A stretch of DNA of 63,865 nucleotides, counting the filler, from Klebsormidium nitens (taxonomy: Eukaryota; Plantae; Klebsormidiophyceae), in NCBI GenBank assembly GCA_000708835.1. It is 8 parts of 8 records of this genome, joined end to end, with 100 filler letters (N's around TTAATTAATTAA, not from the genome) between each part and the next. Parts side by side here need not be neighbours in the genome. Positions count along the whole stretch, not along the records: positions 18,508 to 26,917 come from DF238262.1; positions 27,018 to 31,080 come from DF237211.1; 6 more parts are not named here. One strand, 5' to 3'. The number at the start of each line of letters is the position of its first letter. Position 1 is the first letter of the stretch. Position numbers and translations under genes: made by a program. Under the pieces are notes generated by a model that did not search any database, was not told where the DNA came from, and saw nothing but the letters and a program-made list of their open reading frames with translations. Positions 18,514 through 30,536 of this stretch are shown here, piece by piece.

Positions 18514-18847
18514 TTCGGATAGGGTCCACGCCATGCACGCAATCCTACCAGCTCGTTGGACTGCGCTGAGCGATCATACGATGCCTGCTCAATTGGTCCT
18601 TCGGACGGTCGTGAATCCGAGAACAAATCGTTTTCCAGATTACAATATGTCTAAGTATTAGAAAGGATTTTTGTTCCCGATTCGGATAGGGTCCACGCCA
18701 TGCACGCAATCCTACCAGCCTCGTTGGACTGCGCTGAGCGATCATACGATGCCTGCTCAATTGGTCCTTCGGACGGTCGTGAATCCGGGAACAAATCGTT
18801 TCCCAGATTACAATATGTCTAAGTATTAGAATCGCTTTTTGTTCCCG
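18514..18847. repeat. Tandem repeat, two near-identical units of ~167 bp
   Basis: TTCGGATAGGGTCCACGCCATGCACGC recurs at 18514 and 18681; the array abuts a gap. Confidence 0.9.
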
Positions 18848-18993
18848 CCCCCCTCGCTAACTCGCCAGTGGGGCTCACATGGCTTGACTCTGTCTGTTAT
18901 TGTTGTACCTCACTGCCACACTCTAGAATTAACCATGCATTCTCAGATCCGAGAAGGCACTTACACATGCACGTCTGATCACCATCTCTGCTA

Positions 18994-20118
18994 TGGTCGC
19001 AGCATCACCCGCCGCGCGAGGACTATCTCGCCCAGCCTTGGTTCCAGAAGAAGGCGGCTGCCGTTCAGCACCAGCAGGCGAATGCCCACGCGCTGATCGG
19101 ATCGTGCGACCTAAGCGACTTGGGAGGCTTCAAGAGGTTCTCGAGCTTTGCGAACTCTGGGGCGTTCGTGAACTCCCTGGAGCGGCTTCGGGCAGCTGGA
19201 GAGACCCCGAATCACTATGAGTGCATCGACGCAAATACGCCTTCCAAGTTCTACGTCGAAATCGACTACACGGTCGGGGAGCGAGACGACGAGGACTTTG
19301 GGGAACGGTTCCAGCATTGCAAGATCGTGCTCCGCGGCTTTCTCGAGCTGGTGCTCCTCGTCCCGGCCGAATCCATCGCCTTCCAGGTGGCGACCGCTCA
19401 CGGAGGAGATGCAAAAGCGGGGCTTTCAAGTACAGCGTGCATGTTTGCCTGCAAGGGTTCTACCTGGAGGATTCATCCGCGCGGCGGGAGTTGAAGAAAG
19501 CTCTTGCCCACTTCCTCGAGAAGCCTCCCGAGGCGCTGCGGCGGAGCTGCGAGTTCCTTTTCTACGAGGGGAACAAGGGGGCCGTCATCGTGGAGGGATG
19601 CCTTGTTGATACGGCCGTCTACAGCTGCTTTCAGAATTGGCGAACCCTTCACTCCGAGAAGAAGGGGTCGGGCCGCCCCCTCGCTCCTCCAGTGGGAAGC
19701 TCTCGCGACATCAACGACCATCTAGTCGGCTTCTATGGGGCGGCAGACGTAGCGGCGGCTATAAGAATCGACAGCAGCCTTTTGGCCGGTTACAACCAAC
19801 GGGAGGAGCCGGCTGCGTCCATCTCTCGGCGCCCCGTCGATGCACCGACTCGGGGGCTGCGCGGGAAGTTTGTAGAAAGAGGCCGCACGCAACGGCCTCT
19901 GACGGGCGTCGAGAAGGAACGCTTGCTGTGGCGATACCGGAAGGACCATCCAGAGGTCTGCATTCTTCGGGTCGAGGCCATGGGCGAGGACTTATTCACG
20001 GTGCACTTTGGAGTCCCCACCTCGTACTGCTGGATAGCGGGGCAGGCCCCACTCGTCTCCAGGGAACGCATGTGGCTACCTAGTCTATAGCAGATACGTG
20101 CGCATACGCCGGGACTGA
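18994..20118 (+). pseudogene. PrimPol/UL52-like archaeo-eukaryotic primase, frameshifted
   Basis: WFQKKAAA...GGFKRFSSF, HYECIDANTPSKFYVEID, KYSVH and VDTAVYSCFQNWRTLHSEKKG. A shifted frame gives a partial Zn finger YCWIAGRPHSSPGN. No in-frame ATG. Confidence 0.75.
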
Positions 20119-21812
20119 CGCGGATCACCAACTGGTTCCTCCAGTTTGGGGGGGCCTGACCGAGAATGACAACTTGAGCTACATTTCGTCGGCTGAAAAT
20201 ACGTTGAAAAGTGACACGTTGTGGCACTTGTATTGCCCGGCGCCAAAATGGGGAGAATCTGGCGGCTCTGCTAGAAAGGCTGCTGAACACTTCTGCCTTA
20301 GCCGTCCTCGGATACTCTGCGTACGAGGATCTCCCGGACCAAACCGCAAAAGTGGTCGTCGAGGACCTCCAGACAAGCGGCTACGAAGTTACCTAGTGCG
20401 GCAGTTCTGTAGACTCAGTGGAAGATTACGGGCTTGTGGCGGGAGAAGGTGAGTACTTGTTGTTACGCTCTAATAGGTAGCCGAGTAGTTGCACATGTCG
20501 GCCGGCCGTTCAGCTTAATTGGCGGCGGAGCGGAGGGAAGCTAAACATCATGTGTTGTAGAACACATTGGCGAGCAAGGCAGCCCAGGATCAAGACCGGC
20601 AGCCTTCTGAGCTCTCAGCTTTTGGCGGCGCTTTGCTTTTTCTTTTGTTTCAGCTGCTTTTGCTGCTAGCTGCTCCCAAGCAACCTGATAGTTCTAGTGT
20701 CGACTATTTCGTCCTGATCGGCGACTAAACTGGAAGGATTTCATCAAACGACTCGAATCTGCGGACACGTACTTTCGTCCGCCTGATCACCTACTGATGT
20801 TTCGACCAAAAATGCTGGTTTGCTTGAAGGCGGCTGTATACTTGCCAAAGCTTAACCAACTAAGTGACGTAAGTGACTCCGCCTCCTATGCAGCAACGGC
20901 GGCAAGCAAAGGCCTCGCTCCGTCGCAAAGGTCTCCCGGCAGTACGATTCTGCAGTCGGAGGACGCTGAGCTGGTGGTGGGCACTTCCGCGTCGCCGAAG
21001 TCCAGGGATCGAACGGTGGGTATGCTCGGGTGGGGTCTCAGATTTTGACTTGGCTTCTGTCACATGTGCAGTCGAAGACCTGAAAGCAAAGCAGCCCACC
21101 AAGATGTCGGACCTGCCGCTTAATGTGTCGACATGATTGGCCTGGTGAACGCAGGACCGTTGTTTGCGGGTCACTCCGAGAGAAGCACTACCAATTCCTG
21201 TCGTTTGACTTTGTCCTCAGGTCTGGCGAGCCGCAGATTGCTGCCTTGGTGCGTGGCATGGCGCAGCCAATTTTTCATGTTCATTAGATAATTCACGACA
21301 TGCAAAACTTTCATAAAAGCAGAATCTGAGGAGCGAGGGCCGGACTGGCTTCGAACTTACACGCTCCATTATTCGGGTGATTGGAATGTCCTGAAATACC
21401 GTATGCACGACAAAAGGTAGAGGCACGAAAGATACTAAAAGAAAAGGGGGATTGATACATGTGAGAAATTAAAAATCTGGTCAACGATAATGCTGCCGCT
21501 ATTGTACTGTAGCAGACCTTGGGGTAGAAAGAAGTTCCGACGAATCCGAACTCGAATTCTTTTTGTATCGTTGCAACAGTATAGAAAAGGTCGTCGCAAA
21601 TATGATGTTGCCCACGCATTTTCAACATTGGCGAAGATTTAATTTAAAGGCCGGCCATGTGCATGGACATATGAACATGCCAGATATATGCCCTCAGGTT
21701 ATGCAAGATATGTGGATCATACCGACTTGATTTGACATATTCTCAGTCCATGATTTCAACAAGACAGCCGATTGGCTATGAGCAGCACTTTTTGGATGGC
21801 GACAACTAATAT

Positions 21813-22202
21813 TTACCATCCAATGTACAGCCCAAATTTGTGCCTCTGCATTTCCGTGTTGTCTCCTACTGCAATCCCAAAGTTGTGATTGTAGTAGGTC
21901 TGCAGAGTGACGATCTGTGCAGGAGTGAGCTCGATGAGCTCCTGTACTGATCCTGGGGACACCCCGCCCGCAGTTAGAAGCGCCGGGACGGTCCCTACGG
22001 CCTGCGGACCGCCCGGCGACATCACCGCGATCGGTCGAAGCGGGTGGGAGAAGTCGCGGGCAAAGTAGTTACCCCGCATAGCTGCCTGATTGTCCAGCTT
22101 GGCGTTGACCGTTGCGCTCAAGCTCTGCAGCTGGTTACTGACGTTCTGCAGCTGGTTCCCCAGATTCTGCAGCTGGTTGAGGACCGCGTCGTCCCGATCC
22201 AC
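21813..22202 (-). CDS. Coiled-coil plus Mug135-like C-terminal domain protein (5' end unresolved)
   Basis: QLQNLGNQLQNVSNQLQ heptads, then AMRGNYFA...LRPI...LTPAQIVTLQTYY...KFGLYIG. No in-frame ATG. Confidence 0.55.
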   Translation of the reverse strand: MDRDDAVLNQLQNLGNQLQNVSNQLQSLSATVNAKLDNQAAMRGNYFARDFSHPLRPIAVMSPGGPQAVGTVPALLTAGGVSPGSVQELIELTPAQIVTLQTYYNHNFGIAVGDNTEMQRHKFGLYIGW

Positions 22203-24134
22203 GGCTGCACCATCACAAAGGCAAGCAAAGTTTTAAAAGGCAACAAACCTACATATGCACCTTCATGTGCACAGGGCTGAGAGTGGTTTAGAGATTCCAG
22301 AAGAGAGAAATATTGATACGATCTTGATACAACGATATAACGGTTGATTGGCCCCTCAAACGAGCAGAGTCTTGAGCCAGGACTGGTCCATGAACACACC
22401 TGCTTGAGTGATTCGATGCTCGTTCTTCACAGCAGCCGCGAGTTCCTGGTCCGTCACGGACGGAGTGCCAGGCGCTCGACAATCTGTTGGAGCAGAATTG
22501 TGTATGCAAGAGCATGCATACTCGGTGCAAAGCAGGAGCGTAACCACAATTTTTTCATGAAATACCTGAAGTTTGTACCAATCTGTACACACCAACCCCT
22601 TCAGCAGTCAACTTATCAAATCCAACCTTTAGTCAAGCAGAAGTTTGCAATGACGAACTTTGTAACAAGTGTTTCATAAGGGTTTACCTTTATAAGTTTT
22701 TAGGCGGTACGCAAACATTGAATTCCGAGCAACAGCCTGGTCCGTAGGTACATTGCCAGCAGCTAACACCTGAGCCGGGCCTTGGACGTTGGCCGGCACA
22801 TCGGCCAGAGTCACTCTCGGGTTTAAACTCGCCATAACCTGCAAAGGTCATATTCCTAGGATGGGACATCTATTCTGCTTGAGTGAAACAAAAGCTTGCC
22901 TAAATCGGTCATTGCACAGAGAATCAGATCACTGACGATGAATTCTGGGAATTTAAACAGAGAGAGCTAGAGCTGGTGATCTGCTCGATGCAAACACAAA
23001 ATGAATGCCGCAACTGATTGAAAAGTAAACAGAATCTTAGAAGCAGAGCCTTGAATCATGGGAAAGCACTTCTTGACACTAGGTCAGAATCAAACCAGTC
23101 AACTTCCATATCTTTGACAGCTATCCTTTCCCTTAGGTCTTTGCAGTACTGTGCTAGAATATGAAGCTCACCGTTACTATCCCCTAAAACTTGCCCCAGG
23201 AAAAGCAAGGACAATACTGTCTCATGCCTCATTTAGAACTTGATCTCCATATAGAAACCCTTNNNNNNNNNNNNNNNNNNNNNNNNNNNNNNNNNNNNNN
23301 NNNNNNNNNNNNNNNNNNNNNNNNNNNNNNNNNNNNNNNNNNNNNNNNNNNNNNNNNNNNNNNNNNNNNNNNNNNNNNNNNNNNNNNNNNNNNNNNNNNN
23401 NNNNNNNNNNNNNNNNNNNNNNNNNNNNNNNNNNNNNNNNNNNNNNNNNNNNNNNNNNNNNNNNNNNNNNNNNNNNNNNNNNNNNNNNNNNNNNNNNNNN
23501 NNNNNNNNNNNNNNNNNNNNNNNNNNNNNNNNNNNNNNNNNNNNNNNNNNNNNNNNNNNNNNNNNNNNNNNNNNNNNNCCACTTGTACAGTCTGCAAGAA
23601 ACACAGTGAGTTCAGAAAGCAATGCGACTCAACCCAAGTCTGCTTAGCACATACTTGACAGCAAATTTGATCTCATTTATCCCAGCGTACTGACTGCAGC
23701 ATACACCAAGGGATGTTGCTGCTTTCAACTTCTGAAAATAGAAATCTCAATTTGTCTGCACCAACTTCTGCTGACAGAAAGAGCCAATCAACCTGATGCG
23801 ACCTTGCGGCTTTACTTCAGATATCAAACTGGAAGCGTATACAAGTCGCATAGAAACCCTTCATATAGCACCTTCATGACACCAGGTCGAAAAACAAACC
23901 AGGCAGCTCAGCTCCCAAACCTTCTTTGAACAACTTCTCCTTCGTCGCTCGTTATGCACGCGCAGATTTTAGATTTCAAGACTCCTCCTGTAGGTGGAAG
24001 GCAATCTCGGCAAAATCACCTCTAGTCAATCAACCACTCTGAAGACGTGCGAGTAAGATGCCTTAAGGCCTTCACAGCGACAGAATCTTTCGAAGCTATA
24101 CAAAGCAATCAAACTGAAAGACTGTTTCTCTTAT

Positions 24135-24955
24135 GCTGACCAGTACGTCAACTAATCTCACCAATGACAGCAGACCTTCCAGAGCAAACTGGCTACATCA
24201 AACATCAAAGGTGTCCCAGAGGCATATGAACACCTTTCAAAACTGCGCAATTGATTCCAATCCATTGATTGATTTTAAAGTGGACTCTCAATCGACAGGA
24301 TTTGTTAAAACTAAATATGGCAATCCTGACGGACTGTTTCGCTTTCGGGGTAACTTGTCAACTGAGCTGTTTGTCACTGGATCTCAATTTTGGGAGCAAA
24401 GCTTTCAAAACCAACTGGCTACATAGATATCAAGACTCACCTTTGATCGCAGAAAGGCTCCCAGAGGCGTATGCACACTTCTAGATTCGCACCAGTCCAA
24501 TCTGCTGAGGAGGACTCTGATAGCGACAGACCTTCAGAATCTGTACAAGGTAATCAACGTAAATGGTGGTTTGTTTACCAAGTTACTTCCCAGCTGACCA
24601 GTATGTCCCTGAACCTCATCTTTGACAGCAGACCTTTCAAAGCAAACTGGCTACATCAAACATCAAACAGTCACCTTTATTCAATATGGTGTTAAGAGAG
24701 GCGTTTCTCTGTTTTTAAAGAAAAATATTGAAAGGAACGTCTGCAAACGACATTTGTGAGAGGCGTCTGTATATTTTGAAGTACAAGCTGTGAAGGAGCA
24801 TTTGCAAATGACAGAACTTGTTGAGTCTATACAAGGCAATTGAACTAAAATCGTACTCCTCTTCTGCACCTACTTGTCAGGTGACCAGTATGGCATTAAA
24901 TATCGTCTTTGACAGCAGACCTTTCAATGCAGACTGGCTGCAGCAAACATCTAGC
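24135..24955. repeat. Degenerate dispersed ~75-bp repeat (3 clear copies plus 1 partial)
   Basis: TGACCAGTA...GACAGCAGACCTT...AACTGGCTACATCAAACATCAAA at ~24135, 24593 and 24881; partial copy near 24405. Confidence 0.65.
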
Positions 24956-25498
24956 CTCAAGGGCTGTTGCTGATATGGAACTCTATCTAGATGCAAATCA
25001 ATAAGCTTGGAAAGCATCTGCACTAGGATTTGCAAATTAGGGGGCTTACCAGCACACCGGCCAAGGAAATAGTATCGCTGTAATGAAGAACACGGATTTA
25101 GGTACCTGCTGCATTGTAGACTGCTTAAATGCGCGTCATGTGCCAGTCAAAGCAACCAAAGCAGCTGCTGCTCAAAATCAAAGCGGTGACATATACACTG
25201 CCAACAATCCAATGAAACATCATTCTTATTTTCAAGGAAAGCAGCTCACCTGCAGGAGCATTCGCAGTCAGCTACCGGTACCTGATTCACAAAATGAGAG
25301 GCAAAATGAGCGGCAAACTACACACTAGGTATAACAATTGTCAGATGGGAGCACGCATGACTCGCTCCCAAGCATAGCTTCTTGTCCGATCATCATGTAC
25401 GGTACGACCGTGATCGAGTACCGACGGTGACCGTACAGAAGTGGGTTACACCCGATACCTACATCCAGTGCACGACCAGCGCGGCAATTAACCAAACC

Positions 25499-25662
25499 AA
25501 CTTCGGCCTTATTTTCAACCGCCCGATGTGCGCCACGTGTCCCCCCCCGCCCGAGGGTCGTGCGGTCCGCATTAATCGCAGCAAACCAAATGAACTTCGG
25601 CCTTATTTTCAGCCGCCCGATTGGCGCCACGTGTCCCCCCCGGCCCGATGGTCGTGCGGTCC
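25499..25662. repeat. Direct duplication of a ~70-bp unit (period 94)
   Basis: AACTTCGGCCTTATTTTCA...GCGCCACGTGTCCCCCCC...GGTCGTGCGGTCC at 25499 and 25593. Confidence 0.8.
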
Positions 25663-27026
25663 TCAGAGATCGACCCGGTTGCGCCGTCGAAGTGCAAATG
25701 CGGTTGCATTAGTGCCGCCGGCTGCCGTTTTTTGGCTACCGGCGGGCAGTGTGCCGGTCCGGCCCTCCACGTGCTTCCACGTGGCACAGAAGCTCGAGCC
25801 TGCCCCTCAAGTCCCACTGGTCCGACCCAAAATGGAACTATCGAGAAACGGTGCTGTGCAAGTCATGGACAGAGCACATTGCCCGTGAATTTTCGAAGGT
25901 TTGGCAGGCTGGAGCAAAATGCATTGGCCACTGAGGACCGTTTTCTTGATGTCGCCCCCTCTCTTGCACTTACATGCTCGAAAATTCATAGATATTGTAA
26001 TGCTTTCGATACTTACGCTCCAACCGGCTGCATATGTAGACCGTTCACTCATCGAATATCGCATGTTACACAGCGGATTGAAGCCTAAATTAATTCATCG
26101 GGATAAATCGGCCGATAAAGGGCCTATACAATGTTCGCACAAACCCGTAAGGTGGTAAGGCGGCAAGCCTCTCAGCTTGCTGTACCACTTGGTCGAGAAA
26201 TGCCAGGCTATTTCGGTCGCAAACCCGTAAGTAGGTAAGGCGGCCAGGCGGCAAGGCTTTCTGAATCCCCCAGAGATTAAAATTCCTAGTGTTCGGAAAT
26301 TTTGCCTGGCCACACATCTGACTTGGATCTGGCTCAGCCATCCTGCTCATCTTTGCACCCGAGCACCAACGAAGTCACATCACAAAAATTAACTCGATAT
26401 AGGTCTTATTAAGATCTGAATAGAAGTGTACAAATCCTGTACGGATACTGGTTGGGAATAAAACCTGTGTTGAGAACCATACGGAACCATACGGACCTAT
26501 ACGTGTAAGAAACCTATACGAATCCTATACCGATACTACCATAGGTCCTATAGAATTCATCATATGGGAGCATTATAGGCTTTATACAGGGCCCCGCATG
26601 GGTTTTTTCCCGTTATAGACTAGTATATGGGCACGATATAGGATTCGTTTGGCATTTGTATATATGTTATAAGGTCTTAACACGACGGAGTCATATGGAT
26701 ACCGGTTCGACACAGTTCCTATATGCAATTTGCACAGTCCACGTATAAAAGTTGTACCGGATTGACACGGGTTATATACAACATCTGCATGGGCTTTCGA
26801 CCGTTATGGAAACATGTATATGCTCTATGCAGATTCCAAGTTGGATTTGTATATAAATCGCATAGAAAATGTACAGATCTTGTATAGCTTACATTCCATT
26901 TTGTCATCCGATTTGTCNNNNNNNNNNNNNNNNNNNNNNNNNNNNNNNNNNNNNNNNNNNNTTAATTAATTAANNNNNNNNNNNNNNNNNNNNNNNNNNN
27001 NNNNNNNNNNNNNNNNNTCACCCACA

Positions 27027-27360
27027 CCCTCTATGTATACCGCCCCGCGCTTCGAACAAACTGTTCAAAGAACCGCTCTTATATTTTTTCCCTTTTCAAA
27101 CGTAGTTTCACGGCACGCGACAGCCACGTCACTCAAGCACTCGTCTCGTGCGGACTGCTGTAAGAAGCCTCTATGCCTCTTTCAACATGTACGTCGCTCG
27201 TTCAATCCTTCATATAATGGCCCCTCGTTTGAACAAAAATTAAAACGATCCGCACTTATTTTGTTTCCCATTCAGGATCGAAGTTTCACGGCATGCAACA
27301 ACCACGTCCCTCAGGCCCCTTTCTCGTGCGGACCCCTTTTACCGTTCCAAACCTCTATGC
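27027..27360. repeat. Degenerate tandem duplication (period ~178)
   Basis: GTTTCACGGCA...CCACGTC...CTCGTGCGGAC at 27105 and 27283; CCTCTATG recurs. Confidence 0.6.
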
Positions 27361-28101
27361 ATCCTCGTCCAACACATGGTCATCAGAAATCATGATGCCC
27401 GAAACTGCACTCGCTCGAAACGGTATTTTATTTCATCGCTCGCTTCATGCAGAACAAACTTTGACGGCACGCCCCAACCTTGTCATTCAAGCTGCCATGT
27501 CCCACCCCCCGGCTTTTGCGAAAGACTTCTCTTCACCTATCAACGTATGAAACACTCGTTCTCTTTTACTTTTCGTTTGTTGCTTCATTCAGATGAGCAA
27601 CATAGCGACGTCGACATGTATCATGCGTGTTGAAACTACTAATATTGCCAACACCGAAAGACACGCCATCAATTGCTTTCGTGTTTAACTTAGTAACAAA
27701 CTGTCCATTCCAAGCATGTTCATTGACGCCCAGCAAGATAAACGTATCGCATAACATTCCTTTACTACCATCTATACGTTGTTGTTACTACGACCAGCCT
27801 AGAACATATACGGCAAGATCATTGTGTACGGCAAGATCATTGTGTATTCATCCGAAACAAAAAAATTGTCTCCCGATCAATGTACACTAACTATACATGG
27901 AAAATGCGGCATTGAACGCAGTGTTAAAGTCGCGTGACATATTCATATTTAAATGGTGCTCTGTTCAACGTGACCCTTCTCGCGGCTATCCCTTAGCTTC
28001 AACCTACAGATACCTGCTAAACTGCGCTCGGTTCTGCCGGGCGTGAACTCATAGCCACGATGGCCTTAGTCGCTACATCGGCAACGCAGTCTTTCGGTGC
28101 A

Positions 28102-28953
28102 CTAACCCGCCAGCGCCGAATGTGTCGCCGGCTTTGACGTGATCCGCATCCACTCCGCCTTGTTGAATGCAACGGCCAACAACAGAGGGTCGTGCCTGCC
28201 GAATCCCAAGACCTTGATCATAATAGCGTAGATGTGCTTGCACCACGCAAACGGCTTCCGATTGTCTGCCATCATTCTCTTGTACCCCGCGCAATCGCAT
28301 TCGCACACCCTCTTTAAGACCACTTCGTAGAGCTTGTCTGTATCCGCCCCCGCCAACCCCGTTGCCTTGATCATGAATTTCCGCGTTGGGTCTCCCGCAG
28401 CGTCCACTCCCATGGCCTCCGCCACAACGGTTCCCTTGTACACGCAACCCCTCACCAGGTTGTCCTTCATTTGCTTCGTAGCCTTCGTCCTGTTCCCCAC
28501 CGGCCTTCCCTTCACCAACCCGTCCCCCCTATTAAGCATTTGACGCTTCTCCTCCTTCTCTGCCTGTTGCTTCGATCGCACTCCCGCCCAAGAGCCTCGC
28601 CGATCCTCTTCATTCCCCTCTGCAGGCCCAATTCCGGCGTTCCGAAAAGTCTTCGGCCCGAGCTTCAAGCTCTTACATGGCAACGCCGCACCTGGATCCT
28701 TCAGCTTTGGAAGACTCTCGTCGTACAAAACCCGTGCCTCCTTTAGCTTCGCCCGATCCCCCCCGGTCAACTCCGTTCCCTCGAACAACGGAAACACATG
28801 CGTGTCGGGGTTCGGCAAAACCTCCTCTGCTGCTATAGAATAATTCAACCCCCAGCACGTCCGGCTCGCGCATTTTTTCAATCGCCCGCAGTACGCGACC
28901 CTTCTTTGCGGCGCACCATCCGCCTCGAGCGTCTGTGCGACGCGAAGACCCAC
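28102..28953 (-). CDS. SWIM zinc-finger protein, probably the last part of a larger transposon-associated gene
   Basis: CECDCAGY...WCKHIYAIMIKVLG (CxC-xn-CxH). The start is a GTG, so the 5' end is uncertain. Confidence 0.7.
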   Translation of the reverse strand: MGLRVAQTLEADGAPQRRVAYCGRLKKCASRTCWGLNYSIAAEEVLPNPDTHVFPLFEGTELTGGDRAKLKEARVLYDESLPKLKDPGAALPCKSLKLGPKTFRNAGIGPAEGNEEDRRGSWAGVRSKQQAEKEEKRQMLNRGDGLVKGRPVGNRTKATKQMKDNLVRGCVYKGTVVAEAMGVDAAGDPTRKFMIKATGLAGADTDKLYEVVLKRVCECDCAGYKRMMADNRKPFAWCKHIYAIMIKVLGFGRHDPLLLAVAFNKAEWMRITSKPATHSALAG

Positions 28954-29130
28954 CCAACAATAGCCAATAGAAAAGCTAAGTCATAAACTAAATGGTTTCC
29001 ACATGCCTTTCATTGGAATACACAATCACGATCAAAGGAACGAAACAGACAGATCACCAGAATCAATGACACGCTGCAACAAGAATCAATTCGCAAGTGC
29101 AGAATTCAAAATATAGTCGGTTCCATTCAC

Positions 29131-30441
29131 TTACTTCATGAGCACCACGTTCCCCAACCTCCCGGCTCCCCTCTTCGCGACCAAGGGCGTGCAGCACGAT
29201 GTGTATTCGTAGCCCGAATGCTTCGAGCCACAGCAAATGGCCGCATCGTAAGTTTTTAACCGCGCTAAACCCCATTGCGTGGAGAACGCCTTGGCGCCCT
29301 GAAAATACACGTCCGGAACTCGCTGTTGTCTGAGCTTGGCGCGCGCGGTTTCTCTCCCCTCACGAGCCCTCTCATCATCGCTTTCCACCACCTCCTCCTC
29401 CTCCTCCTCCTCCTCTTCCTCCTCCCCGTGCGCTTCCTCCTCGCTTCTTTCTACCTCCTCCCTTCGTCGTTTGTTTCTCAACTCCTCTTCCTCCCTCTCC
29501 AACTCCTCATGCAACCTTGTAATCTCATCCAGGTCCTCCTCTTCCTCGTCTATAAACTCGCTCTCCCGCCTGCTGCAACTCCTCTTCCTCCCCTTGTTCC
29601 TTTCTCGCAGCCTCTCGAACTCCTCTGCTTGTCTCGCTAAATCTTCCTCCGTCAAGTCTCCCATCGACTCCAATACATCCTTGTGAAACCCACTACCACC
29701 GACGGCTTCCTCTCCCTCTGGACTTGACAACCGCCCCTTTTTCCTCCACCTTTCACTCCTAATGGTATCCGCCCTGTGAGTCCCCTCCTCCTCATCGCTG
29801 TCCCTTCCTTCCATCTCTGTCCGCCTCCCTGCCCCCTCTGCTTCTCGTCTCCTCTTGTTCCGCGTCTCGATCCTGTCCGTCCCGACAGGGTCCGTCTCGT
29901 ACCCCCCCTCATGCACCCTCCTTGCAAATTCTCTCTCTCCTTCTTGCGCGCTACCCCCACCTCGCAGGGTTTCCCGCATCTCTTCCACACTTCTTCTCCA
30001 CTCCTCATTTCGGCGGCGGTTGTCCGACAAGGTCGGTCCTCTCGCCGGCTTTGCCAACGCTTCCTTCCTCGCCCTTGCGTCGGACATTTGGAGCAGCATG
30101 TTCGCGCCGTTGACAAGAACCGCCGCCGCGATATCCAACTGCATCTTCTTCCCCCCAAGCCCCCTTAGGAACGACGCGTGAGCCGACTCCGCGATGTCCG
30201 CCCTCGACTCGAACCCCGTCTCCTCCTCTGGATCATCCAAACATTCCTCGTCCCGATACGCTATCAAGCGAAAGCCCCTGCACAAACGAAGTGCGTAAGA
30301 GCACAGCTGATTGTAATTTGCTACCGAGCCTCGGCAGCTCGACGCGTTTTCAAGGCTGCGCAGCATGTAACCCCCCGTGGTATGGGGAATTGATACGTGC
30401 TCAAGTGGGCTTCGTGTCTTTCTACCGAGGCTCGGTAGCAA
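29131..30441 (-). CDS. Low-complexity Glu/Arg-rich hypothetical protein
   Basis: 436-codon open frame with strong purine bias; may splice to the SWIM ORF. Confidence 0.5.
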   Translation of the reverse strand: MLPSLGRKTRSPLEHVSIPHTTGGYMLRSLENASSCRGSVANYNQLCSYALRLCRGFRLIAYRDEECLDDPEEETGFESRADIAESAHASFLRGLGGKKMQLDIAAAVLVNGANMLLQMSDARARKEALAKPARGPTLSDNRRRNEEWRRSVEEMRETLRGGGSAQEGEREFARRVHEGGYETDPVGTDRIETRNKRRREAEGAGRRTEMEGRDSDEEEGTHRADTIRSERWRKKGRLSSPEGEEAVGGSGFHKDVLESMGDLTEEDLARQAEEFERLRERNKGRKRSCSRRESEFIDEEEEDLDEITRLHEELEREEEELRNKRRREEVERSEEEAHGEEEEEEEEEEEVVESDDERAREGRETARAKLRQQRVPDVYFQGAKAFSTQWGLARLKTYDAAICCGSKHSGYEYTSCCTPLVAKRGAGRLGNVVLMK

Positions 30442-30487
30442 GCACGTTTTCGAGGATTAAGCCATGCTACCGAGCCTCGGTAGCATG
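30320..30487. repeat. Three copies of the palindrome GCTACCGAG(C/G)CTCGGTAGC
   Basis: 12-bp arms at 30463-30487, 8-bp arms at 30422-30438, and a one-mismatch copy at 30320-30338. Each is followed by a CGTTTT motif. Confidence 0.85.
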
Positions 30488-30536
30488 CACGTTTTTGGGC
30501 TCTACAGTGCGCGTCACAAAATCAACATTTGCTTCA

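Noticed and set aside
18514-18847. 167-bp repeat as CRISPR or an RNA gene
   Set aside because: The whole units are duplicated with no unique spacers, and there is no 5S or tRNA signature.
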